The notes under the pieces were generated by a model. That model did no database searches. It was not told the origin of the DNA and was given only the letters and a program-made list of their open reading frames with translations. A DNA stretch of 63,179 nucleotides, filler included, from Octopus bimaculoides (lineage: Eukaryota), in assembly GCF_001194135.2 (NCBI RefSeq). It is 6 parts of 6 records of this genome, joined end to end, with 100 filler letters (N's around TTAATTAATTAA, not from the genome) between each part and the next. Parts side by side here need not be neighbours in the genome. Positions count along the whole stretch, not along the records: positions 34,246 to 60,150 come from NC_068992.1; 5 more parts are not named here. One strand, 5' to 3'. This document shows positions 37,085 to 48,516 of this stretch, piece by piece. Numbering within the stretch: position 1 is the first letter of the stretch; every line of letters begins with the position of its first letter. Position numbers and translations under genes: made by a program.

Positions 37085-37415
37085 AGGAGTGGCTGTGTGG
37101 TAAGTAGCTTGCTTACCAACCACATAGTCCCGGGTTCAGTCCCACTGCGTGGCATCTTGGGCAAGTGTCTTCTACTATAGCCTCGGGCCGATCAAAGCCT
37201 TGTGAGTGGATATGGTAGACGGAAACTGAAAGAAGCATGTCGTATATATGTATATATATATATATGTATGTGTGTATGTGTTTGTATGTGTTTGTCCCCC
37301 CAACATCGCTTGACAACCGATGCTGGTGTGTTTATGTCCCCGTAACTTAGCGGTTCGGCAAAAGAGACCGAGAGAATAAGTACTAGGCTTCCAAAGAATA
37401 AGTCCTGGGTTCGAT
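37085..37415 (+). mobile_element. SINE family B (runs into gap)
   Basis: aggagtggctgtgtggtaagtagc...gaataagtcctggg. Confidence 0.92.
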
Positions 37416-37606
37416 NNNNNNNNNNNNNNNNNNNNNNNNNNNNNNNNNNNNNNNNNNNNNNNNNNNNNNNNNNNNNNNNNNNNNNNNNNNNNNNNNNNNN
37501 NNNNNNNNNNNNNNNNNNNNNNNNNNNNNNNNNNNNNNNNNNNNNNNNNNNNNNNNNNNNNNNNNNNNNNNNNNNNNNNNNNNNNNNNNNNNNNNNNNNN
37601 NNNNNN

Positions 37607-37667
<61 letters not shown>

Positions 37668-37673
37668 ATATAC

Positions 37674-37854
37674 ATTTGTGTACCATGGTTTCAATTTTTG
37701 GCTGATGGGCTTCAAATATCTTCAGCACGACTTACTGAGGTGAGAAAATCCATAACATGTCACGTTGATAATCTATCGGCTTTCTGATTTGTTTTGCCAC
37801 AAAAGCAGATATTTGAGGCTCGTGAGCCAAATATTGAAACCATGTTACACGAAT
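37674..37854. repeat. Imperfect inverted repeat, ~45-bp arms, ~87-bp spacer
   Basis: catggtttcaatttttggctgatgggcttcaaatatc (37684-37720) vs gatatttgaggctcgtgagccaaatattgaaaccatg (37808-37844). Confidence 0.8.
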
Positions 37855-37899
37855 ATCCAAATGCCCTTATCTTTAATAATATGCTTGTTTTAAATTCTG

Positions 37900-39660
37900 C
37901 TCCTCAATATCACGTCTTTCGAGTTGGAATCCACTCCTGGAAATCTGTTGCTTGTGAATATGTGATGAACATTCATCACACAACATCTAGTAGTAGACGT
38001 TCATCATTCTGAGATTACATTTTTACTATCTTCTTTCAACTTCTTTTATACCTTGATGAAACCCTTCCTTACTAGCATCCCTTAGAATCCAACTAAGCAC
38101 TCGAACTTTTCCAGCATTCTTCCTATAGTCTTTGTAGTTGATCCTTGTGATTCTTTATCAAATTTGTAAACCTTATCCATGCATGTTATTCAGAATCACT
38201 AAAAGTGGTTTCAAAATTTTCATCCTTTTTATTTTGGTCCAACTAATATACCCTCATCAACCTTAGTATCTTATAGGACAGGAAACTTGCCATGCGAAGC
38301 TCTCTCTATCCTGCGACAAAGCTTTTACGAATTGCTTTATAAGACCGAGTTTTATGTGTAGAGAAGGCAAAGGAATGCTTTTCGAATCAACCAAACTTTC
38401 TCGGAGAATATTCTTTGTTCTTGTTCTAGGTGCATCTCTACATGACTATTCTTTCCTAGACTAATGTAGGTTCCTAACTCTACTGACCCGTTCACACAAG
38501 AAACAAGGAGACTTTTTTTTAACGTGACTGGTGTCCAAACAATGTGCAAATTACCTTTTATTTATTAATTGTTTTAGCCATTAGACTGCGGCCACACTGT
38601 ATTTTAGACGTAGGAGTCTTAAAGTATTTTAGACGCGGGAATCGGCTCCATTAATTATTTTTCAAGCCTTGTACTTATTCTATTGGTCTCTTGAGTCGAA
38701 CAGCTAAGTTATGGGGACGTAAACATACCAACAGCCGTTGTCAAGCAGTGGCAGTGGACGAATACAGACACAAAGAAATGCAACCACATAGATATATGTA
38801 CACGACAGGCTTTTCTCAGTTTCCGTCTATCAAATCCATTTACAAGGCTTTGGTTGGGCCCTAAGCTACAGTAACAGATGCGACTGAACCCAGAATGATG
38901 TGATTGGGAGGTAAACGTATCACACAACCACACCTGTGCCTATATTCAAATCATTCACTTGTGATCGTTGAATTTAATCTTGTGTAGGACTGAAATCAAA
39001 TTTTCATACGTTCCCTTCTTGATCATTGAGGTTCCTATAGAATATTTATTATCATTGTGTAGTAGAACAGCTTTAACACTTCTCTCTGAAAAATCAATAA
39101 CGAATCCTCATCTACCAGGGCTGTAACTTATACCAACCTTTCCTACTAGTTCTGATGGATCTCTTCTATAAACCAAATCATTGTCTTGAGTGAAATATGG
39201 ACCAAATTCTTTTTCGCGGTTGCAATAGTAATAGAGTGAAACGTAAGGATTTAAAAGGAGTTAAAATCTCTTCTGACTCTTCTACGAGCCCAAAGTCACT
39301 CTGAAGATCCATTAATTTACACTGGTTATATAACTGAGGTTCTTCCCCTTCACTGTATTCGAGTTGTTTCCTGCACCTCACATGAGCGAAAGTAGTAGTC
39401 AGTGATGTTTAGACCCCCTCCATATCATTCAGAACCCAAAACGAAACGACCTCCTTGTACATTTTGTCCATTGTCTGAGTTTCTCAACATAAATTCAGCA
39501 GACCTTCTCATTTTGGTCTACTAATTTCGCACCAAAATAAGAGGTATGGTAAGATTCTTTAACAAATTCGAAATGTTTCTCTGATGTGTTTTAGTCATAA
39601 AAACTTCACAAATGTAATAATTATCTGGGCTTGCTACACATCTTCTAGAGGACGCCCATG
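37900..39660 (-). pseudogene. Near-complete decayed DNA-transposon transposase, probably CMC-Chapaev3-like
   Basis: Ordered motifs in broken minus frames: SPDNYYICE..YFGAKL; EPQLYNQ; NREKEFGPYFTQDNDLVY; FVIDFSERSVKAVLLHNDNKY; LPSLHIKLGLIKQFVKAL; KVDEGILVGP. Transposase identity is confident; the superfamily name is from memory. Confidence 0.75.
38570..38945 (-). mobile_element. SINE family B inserted in the transposase pseudogene
   Basis: gccattagactgcggcc...tttctcagtttccgtctatcaaatcc...ccacacctgtgcc. Confidence 0.8.
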
Positions 39661-39777
39661 CTTCGAATGGCGTGGATGTTTGTAAGGAAAGGAGAAGGGG
39701 ACATTTCTAATAGCACATATTTGATTTACCGTCTGAATATATAATTATCATTAAAGAGGCATTGAAATGTAACATAC

Positions 39778-40163
39778 GGCACTCTCTTTTACCCTTTTAC
39801 TTGTTTCAGTCATTTGACTGCGGCCATGCTGCAGTACCGCCTTTTAATCGAGCAAATCGGCCCCAGGACTTATTTTTTGTAAACCTAGTACTTATTCTCT
39901 CTTTCTCTTTTGCTGAACCGCTAAGTTACGGGGATGTAAACACACCAGCATTGGGGGGGGGACAAACACAGATACACAAACACACACATGTATATATATA
40001 TACATATATACAACGGGATTCTTTCAGTTTCCATCTACCAAATCCACTCACAAGGCTTTGGCCGGCCCGAGGCTATAAGAGAAGACATTTGCCCATAATG
40101 CCACGCAGTGGGACTGAGCCATGTGGTTGGTAAGCAAGCTACTTACCACACAGTCACTCCTGC

Positions 40164-40165
<2 letters not shown>
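39778..40165 (-). mobile_element. SINE family B
   Basis: ttacttgtttcagtcatttgactgcggcc...accacacagtcactcctgcg. Confidence 0.92.
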
Positions 40166-40218
<53 letters not shown>

Positions 40219-40378
40219 NNNNNNNNNNNNNNNNNNNNNNNNNNNNNNNNNNNNNNNNNNNNNNNNNNNNNNNNNNATTCTAAAACTACAAATTTTTCTC
40301 TAATTGATAGCGATATTTATGGTACACACAGAACAAAAAACAGAAGAGAAGAGTAAAAAACAAACCTGCCTTTAATTA

Positions 40379-40439
40379 ATTTGGTACGACGTTTCACGGT
40401 TAGTGGTATGAATTACCTCATTCCGATCTTCAGCCAAAT
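40379..40439 (-). ncRNA. Type I hammerhead ribozyme motif (HHR-2)
   Basis: Minus strand: atttgg-CTGAAGA-t-cgg..ggta/tacc..ccg-t-GAAA-cgtcg-TA-ccaaat; perfect 6-bp stem I, GTA triplet. Confidence 0.7.
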
Positions 40440-40647
40440 ATTTTAATAAATTTGCCAATGTCTAAAATAACTCACATTAATTTTGACCATGCGACATCAA
40501 GACCACGTGAGGCAGACATTAAGAAATTTATCGGCCAGTGAGTTTAAAATCTCTCACCCCAATGAATTCAATTCTGTGTGTATCATAAATAGTCCCGCAT
40601 AGAAAAAAGTCCCGTACGACTTGTTGCGGTTTAGCTAACCACCTTAG

Positions 40648-40970
40648 AGTACTTATTCTCTCTTTCTCTTTTGCTGAACCGCTAAGTTACGGGGACGTAA
40701 ACACACCAGCATCGGGTGGGGGACAAACACAGATACACAAACACACACATGTATATATATACATATATACAACGGGATTCTTTCAGTTTCCATCTACCAA
40801 ATCCACTCACAAGGTTTGGCCGGCCCGAGGCTATAGGAGAGATTTTAAACTCACTGGCCGTACCAAATTAACTAAAGGCAGGTTTGTTTTTTACTCTTCT
40901 CTTCTGTTTTTTGTTCTGTGTGTACCATAAATATCGCTATCAATTAGAGAAAAATTTGTAGTTTTAGAAT
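40648..40970. repeat. Composite duplication: direct copy of 39887-40075, inverted copy of 40532-40555, inverted copy of 40277-40388
   Basis: Near-identical matches, including private deletions of the SINE copy; segments joined end to end. Confidence 0.9.
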
Positions 40971-41143
40971 CAGTAGTTCTTTGGCTGCTGTTTCTGAATT
41001 CTCAGTATGTTGGAGAAGCAGGATACTGCTAATCCCTATATATTTATGATCATAAATGGTTTTACCGATAAGGTTTTTTCATACTGAGTTACCCGGCAAA
41101 ATTATTAATTATTAATTTTATTACTAAATGACGATTCCCTGCC

Positions 41144-41185
<42 letters not shown>

Positions 41186-41616
41186 GAGTGAATGGACAAA
41201 GAGCACTCCACACATTTATTGGGAGTTACATGTATGGATCAAACAGTTTGATTCAAATTCGTTAGTACACCGAGAGTTTCAAGCAGGATGCTAACCTTCA
41301 ACCACACTAACACTCACGCACAAACACACATATATAGATATAGATATATGAACGGACATGCGCGCGCACACACACATATTTGCGCACACACGCACAAGCA
41401 TACACTTGCACGCCTCCACGCATGTATACACGTGCACACACATATGCATACACATACACGCATACATATTCACACATGTGTATCCATTCATATGCTCAAT
41501 GGATGCATGCGTACATGCACGCATGTATATTAGTGGGCAGAGCCGCATGTGTATTACTGTGCACATGCAGACCCGCGCGTGCGTCTATGCATACGTATAA
41601 ATGCGCATAATAAGTG

Positions 41617-41695
41617 TTGGTAAGCATTGGAAATTGGTAAGCGTTGGGGATTGGTGGGCGTTGAGGATTGGCAAGAGATGAGGATTGGTAATTGG
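41617..41695. repeat. Degenerate 17-bp tandem array containing six ATTGG (CCAAT) motifs
   Basis: ttggtaagcattggaaa / ttggtaagcgttgggga / ttggtgggcgttgagga / ttggcaagagatgagga. Confidence 0.75.
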
Positions 41696-41730
41696 CGGTC
41701 CTTCTCATGGTGTTGGTCAGTGACGGTTAC

Positions 41731-41781
41731 CTTGGTGCAGAGTAGCAGCTGGTAATAAGGTGGTGTATCTGAGTTTATATA
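41731..41781 (-). promoter_or_regulatory. Candidate TATA box + initiator + 20-nt first exon with splice donor
   Basis: Minus TATATAAA at 41781-41774; a CA initiator 31 nt downstream (41750); AAG|gtaacc donor at 41731/41730. The same bases also fit an open coding frame ending at that donor. Confidence 0.3.
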
Positions 41782-44700
41782 TTGAGAAAAGGCATTAGGA
41801 AATAAGTAATGTAACCCAGTAAAGCGCGTCTTTCTCTGTTCACTTCTTGCGAGTGACTGAAGCTACACAGATGCAGGCACCTCTCTGTAAATGAAGCGGT
41901 CTAAACTTTGCCAGATGCTTCTTTCTCAAAATACACCAATTAGGTTTACTGTTAAATATGGTTGTCTAGTCAAACGCAACAATTAATAGTAATAATAAAA
42001 GACCAGATTTAAATTCGAGCATTATGTTAAAATACCATGATCGATTTTTTAAAGAAATTATACGTATCGCTTTTTTGTAATCAGCAGGTAAAAATTGATC
42101 AATTTCAACCAATAAACGTGAAAGAACTTTTGCTCACAGACCTGTGTTATTTTCTGTATTTCAGATTTCGAATCTTAAAGAAAATTGATTTTTGAAGATG
42201 TTACGAACAAACACAACACTCCCAGAACATTACTCACAACGTTATATTTTAAGACAGATTGTGTTGTAGCAATAAAACATTTGTGCAATCTCCACGAATA
42301 TCTATAAAATTGTGATGAAAATATAATATGTGCATTATATAATGCGAGGAAAACACAATCCTCTACAATTTGAGAAGAGACCAGCAGTTATGTTCCAGAA
42401 ATTTCCCATTTAAAGTCCTTTGGTTATTTGAAGCATGGAATTCTAGTTATCTAAACTGTTAAAGTGTATTTGACACTATTTTATTGTTGCGTTCGGCAGC
42501 TGGCATATTCTCACGATATCTCATCATGAATTCAATCATACAATTGCTAAGAGGTTTGAAAGATATAAATGAATTAAAGAAAGAATCTAAAACAGCTTGA
42601 ACAATAGTTGCAAAATGAAATATGTAATGAATGCTATTGATTTTAGTGTTTCCTCATTATATTTCTAATCCGTTTCCTCTATGGATGTCATACTGAAATT
42701 TTAGTTGTTGTTTATCGTTTGGTTACTGCAAATTTAGGATTAGAGGCGAGAAGGATAGCAAAATAATGAACAGTGAAATAATTATTGTGTAACATTAATA
42801 AGGTTACATCGACTGCCAAAAGTTATTCACCATTTCGCATTCAGTCTTCATCATATTCTTTTAAATTTAAAAGTGAATTTATTTAACACTGTTAGATCAC
42901 TTAGGATGTCAATTCACATCTAAATTGCAATATAAGAAGTTTATACATTTTAAACTGAGTACAGGCATATTTTAGTATATTTTACACGATGTTATATAAA
43001 CCGGTATAATCGCTGTGGCTTCTTTCAGCAATAGATTACAAACGTTGGATGGGAAAATGATGTCAGTACAACTTCGTACGATTTGATGTTGGATGATACC
43101 TTGTTTGTTTGGTAAATTCACTGAGATAGATCAACAGACATTTCCGGCAATTCACTGTTTCAAATGGCAATGCAGAGTCCATTACATGAAACTCTTTAAA
43201 TTATCCGATTTACCACACTCAGAACTGATATAGAAAACAGTAGATATTCGTTTTAATTTATTCGGCAAATTAATGAGTGAAAAAATCAAATGAAAATACC
43301 TAATGTAATAATAACATTTTTACTGGTGTCCTTACCACGTGCCTCTTCAAATATTCGAAACTATTAAGAATGTCGATTAAAATATTCTCATAGGATTATC
43401 GAAATTGCGTTTCATTTTCGCTCCTTTTCTTTTTACGAATTACGGAAAAATGAATATATATTGTAGACACAAATATTACATAAATATTATTGAAGACGGA
43501 AATTGAACACTCACACCAAAAATAGTATCAGCTTTGTTATGCAGCAACTGGGGCAGTAAAAGAGGCATTGTAGTACACGTATTCAGTGTTTAGGAAAACA
43601 GATGGCTTTTACGGGGCGTTAAAAGAGATACGAAAAAATGCATCTGAGCCAGAAATTCCAATGGGATGAATAGCGTCTTTGCAAATCCTCTAGTTGAATG
43701 TAGGGTTATGTTTGCTGGGTTAACTGTATTGCTTCTGCATTTAAGTGCTATAACCGCTAGACACATCAGGGAAGTGCAATATATTTTCCTTTACAGGTGA
43801 TGCAAATGTATTCTATTTCTGATGACAGGAACTATGTATTATTGAAAAATACTTTCAAAGTTTACGTGCATGTGAACAGATGATGTCTAATATGAGTTGC
43901 CTATGTTTTCGAGGATGAAGACCAGCATAGAGAGAGATGTAAATTGTGGTATTATCTACATAGAAATTCCCGATGTTTGCAAAGGCAGCAAGTGGGAGTT
44001 ATGTGACAGAGAAATTAAATAACCTACGCTGTAAGAAATGAGAGACTGATTGGACCATAGCATGGATCATTTAGGATTTTTTTTTTTTTTTTACGGATTG
44101 ATAAAATTGCATGCAATATATATTAGTGGAATAAGAATTAAGTGTAATAAAAGAAAGCAAATGACCAGTGTACCTGAAAAGTAAATATTTGCGATGCTGG
44201 TCATGGTTAATAGATAGAAGGTAATGATCGAGAAAGTTGTTTACAATTGTATTCATCAATTTCTTTTTTGTGTATGTGTGAATATATGTTGCTAATTAGC
44301 AGTGTTATATGGATTTCCCTTGCGTGGTTTTATAAATGAAAAACTAAATCTCTGTGGATAAATATTGAATTGTTTAATAAAAAATAGCGCTAGCTGTGGA
44401 ATGCAATATTTGATATTAATAGAAGAAATACCGTAACAAGAGATCATGTTGGGTGGAAGTGATCGGATGGATCTTAACACTTGAAAACATGAATACGTTG
44501 TAGTATGTTAATGAAAATAGAAAACATAATTTTATGTCTGCTCTAAATTGAAAAATTAAACGATAGTTTAATGTGCAGAAGGTGCTATATTCAAAGTCAT
44601 ATTGCAAGATTCGCAAAGAGTAGATAGATTATTAAGATTCATAGAAGATATATCAATTAGCGCTAAGTGGGAGGGCTAAACGTGAAAGAATAGGTTGCGG

Positions 44701-45920
44701 AGATACTTTGTACGTAGATATCACATTTCAAAGTTAAGTAAAATATAGAATGTATGGACAAGGGAAATATATGTAGTTTATAGGTGAATCTTACAGAAGA
44801 TTACATGTTAGTAGCAACGTTGTGCCCTATATTTAAATGTTTACATCATATTTGTGTGTTTGCTTCAGTGATCATGATTTTCCATTAATATGTATATCGA
44901 AATAATTAAATAGTTCAGCCAGTAATTAATGCAACCCCTTTTCCAGTGCGCAAAAGGCAAAATCTCTATCTGGTATGGAATATTTCATTAAAAAACGACT
45001 CAGGTTTTGCATGGCTATCTTCTGACAAATAGTGACAATACGCTATAGAATCTCTAGTCGATATCCTCATATATGCAATAGATCATAAACTCTGGCTCTG
45101 GTTAACGTTTTTAATTCTGGGTGAACATATTAGATAGAACATGAGGTAGAGAGTCGGGAGAGGATCACAAGATATATCGGTGAAATTAGATTTGATCCTT
45201 TACAAGGACGCGTCAGAAAAAAATTAATAAAAATGATTGCATTATTTTACTTACACTATTCGTTTTAAGCATCACCATATTTTATTCGTTTTAAGCTTCA
45301 CCATATTTTTGGCGATTAATATTTGCATCAGTTATTTAAACACAATTCAGTTTAGCACAATATTACATGAAATAAATCATGAAATACTTTTGGATAACAC
45401 CTTGAATATTTTGGATTAAATTCATTTAAAAAGACAGGAAAGAGAACACCAACAAAACTGAAGTGAGAGGAAATGACGATTATTATAGTAATGCCACGAA
45501 GAGGACAGAAAGGGACGAAAAGAGATGATATTTTCCCCTTCTAATGAATTCAGTTGTGTTTAATCATACTGTGAATTAAGAAGTTAATTTTTGTGCAAGA
45601 GGAAGTTTTAATTTTGCAATAATATGGATGACTACCTTTCTCACAGCTACCTTTTATAGAGCGATGACATGAAATTTTATCCGCGTGTACGATCGATTTT
45701 AAAGTGAATGTTTCCGACGAACTGTATTTGAAAGCAAGCTTCTTTGTAAAGATAATATCTACGCAAATTCTTATCTATTCAAAAGCTTGATGAATATTGT
45801 TCGTACACATTTCCATATGAACTATCTTGGTTTCGTCGTGTGATGAAAATCTAATAAAGGATAATTTGTTTAAGATGCATTTTAGGGCATTTTGAAGAAG
45901 AAAAATATTTGATAAGATAC

Positions 45921-46154
45921 CGAGGAAAAGAACGCTGAATATTCTGGAAGTGAAGTGGGATATTTTCATTGAGTTGCTTTTTTAGTAAGGTGGTGGCAAA
46001 TAATCTGCGCACAGTCTATTAAAATATACTGTTCGTGAATGAAAGCGTAAAGTGTTTTCATGGTTGAATTCATAGATATCTTGGATAAAGAAGCTATAAA
46101 AATGTTATCTTTCGTCAGTTTCGTTATCTCTACTTACACAATTAGCCTGTACAT
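45921..46154 (-). CDS. Candidate two micro-exon start of a secreted protein (MYRLIV|IFSVLFL)
   Basis: Exon 46138-46192 (ctttag| ... ATGTACAGGCTAATTGT|gtaagt), 194-nt intron, exon 45921-45943 (cacttccag| ... CTCG|gtatct); phases are compatible. Confidence 0.25.
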
Positions 46155-46196
46155 TTCAGTCCTGTCTGCCTAACTCAGCTGAAGCGTACAGGCTAA
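46142..46196. ncRNA. Isolated hairpin, pre-miRNA-like or regulatory
   Basis: ttagcctgtac (46142-46152) pairs perfectly with gtacaggctaa (46186-46196); after one mismatch tttcagt/gctgaag extends the stem; loop about 17 nt. No known miRNA recognised. Confidence 0.4.
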
Positions 46197-47488
46197 AGGG
46201 CGAAAAGCTTGTAATCACGAGAAACTGGCTGACAGTAGTGTTTCCAGTATTTCAACGGATTTAAAAAGAGCTTGCATATTATCTTCATTTAATACTACTG
46301 TTTAAATATGCCGCACGGAACAAAACGTAGTATTTTCGTTCTTTTTGTCTTAAGCTGAAGCTTAAATCAATAGCGCACTTTCATCGAAAATTATTTAGTT
46401 ATTTCTTCAATTTTTACTTTTTAAAACTAATTTATTGTTTAATGATGTAGTATTTTATTTTTTTGTGTTATATATATTTTACAGAATTGTTTCACAGAAG
46501 ATAAAGAAAATAATTTTCTGGTGTATTACAGGCAACATAGTTATGGTATTGTATCCTTCTTTAAAGAAATTAATGTCAACAATATTCAAACACATCAAAG
46601 TAACCTTTAGATATCTTTCATAAGCTGATTAGGTAATAAATAGTTTTAATGTCAGGTAAATATTTTGTTATAGCGCAGAAAATATCGTATCTTTTAACTG
46701 TTTACTGGTTGCAAGAGATATTCCAAAAGGTTTCCAGCTACATGGGTTCAATTTCGATCTCAGGAAAAGCATATAGTTCACTGTATTCTTGTTTTTCAAC
46801 TTATCGTGATTTTAGCTATATATGTTGTTAACGTGCACCGGTTTCTTCAAACAACTAGCATTTTGGATTATAAATTATGTTTCATGAAATTAAAATTTTC
46901 GATGATCATGTAATAATGACTTCCAATATGAAATGTCATGAATATTTTGGAGGAAACAGTCCAAATATAATATGCGGCTAGGGCATCGATGTGCGTGAAT
47001 ATTTTAATGAAAAATATTGTAAGTTGTTAATTAATATGGAAACATTACTGAAAATCATAACTCTCAAATAACATTCCATTGAAAAGATCATTCCATGGAA
47101 AACTAAACTTTCAAATAGCAGAAATAATAAACATATACGCATCCGCTAAAAAATACACAAGATATATAACTTTTGGCAACCAATATATTTTGTTATTGAT
47201 AATGTCAAAATATAGATATGATCCCCACCCTCCATTGATTGAATAATTCATTTTTATATAAATCAAAGAAAACACATAAAAACGAGTTCGAGACAAAGAA
47301 CCTAGATATTAAAGGTTTTTTTTATTTTTCAGAAGCTGTCATTCTTTTCAAAAACAGTTCTTTGTGATTATCGTCATGAAAAGTCTTTGAAGGACAATTT
47401 TTCCATACTATACTTTAAAAATATGGTTTTAACTAAAATGCGACGGATTTTTAGCATTAGTGAACCATTGATGATCATTCATACTTAC

Positions 47489-48516
47489 CATGGAAACTAC
47501 TTTTCTTTCTAGGAGTTCTAAATACCTCAGAAAAAGCATTATGTCATAATGGGACATAAAAGATCAATTTGATAAATGACTTGCAAAAGTTATTGGTGTC
47601 AAGGATTTACTTATAAAATATATACGTGTGTTTGTTTGTGCGTGTATGTGTATGTATGTGTGTGGTGTGTCTGTGTGTGTGAGTGTGGGGTGTGCATACA
47701 CACATATATTACGTAAGCAAGAGGTTCCTATCCAAAAGAAAAATATTGCTTTTGTCAGACTATGTTACGATGATTTTGAAATATTATTTTACATTTACTT
47801 AATTTGACTATATACAAGATATCTTTTAGATATAAGCTTATTAGGCAATAAAAGAAATGCCAACATCAAAATGAATCATTCACTCATTCACTGAGGGTAG
47901 TATGAAGGCTACTTTCTTTCCCTGGCTAGAACACACTGGGTACAATTACCAAATAATGGACGTTGTCAAGATACATACTCCAGTAAGATACAAGATCATT
48001 CTTGGCGATAAAGGATTTTGACGCTCATCTTAATAGAAAAGTTGTACCTTGTTTGAGCACTAATATTTTCAAGATTTTCGAACTAACGGTAAAAGAAAGG
48101 TCAGTAGATCATATTAGACAATGCGACATTCAGAAAGATTTCTAAGACATTTAAAAATTTGTGTAATCTTGTGTTTCCTAAACCGATGATTCTTCAGTTG
48201 TAACAAAGAATAAACTAGATGCACAATTTGATGCAAATAAATACATGTGGAGAGAATTGAAGAGAAGTATAAAGGTGGATTCGGCCATACACATTTTAGA
48301 AATTACTTATTTCTCAATGCAAATTAAAACACCGGAAAGCCTACTTCTTCATCACTGTACTAATCATTAACTGGCATTAATCACTTACCAACCTATCCAT
48401 CCATCCCAGAAAAACTTACTTTCAAAGACATTCTTATCATCTTCACCATCCGGCCATTTTAGACTGCACCGTCCGGCCTTTTCACGACGCTGAATTGTGA
48501 TTCCAGGATGCTTTGA
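47489..48516 (-). CDS. Candidate exon pair 48420-48516 and 47489-47517
   Basis: Both end in GTAAGT donors; spliced they read SKHPGITIQRREKAGRCSLKWPDGEDDKNVFE-KLLERKVVSM. Acceptors are modest and no homologue is recognised. Confidence 0.2.

Noticed and set aside
41745-41756. miR-216/283-like cagctggtaat
   Set aside because: The seed region does not match and there is no hairpin.
42418-42427. miR-9-like ctttggttat
   Set aside because: Only a 10-nt match; the rest diverges and there is no complementary arm.
45775-45969. 64-aa hydrophobic single-exon ORF as a gene
   Set aside because: Composition is expected from T-rich DNA; only a 23-nt part is kept as a low-confidence micro-exon.
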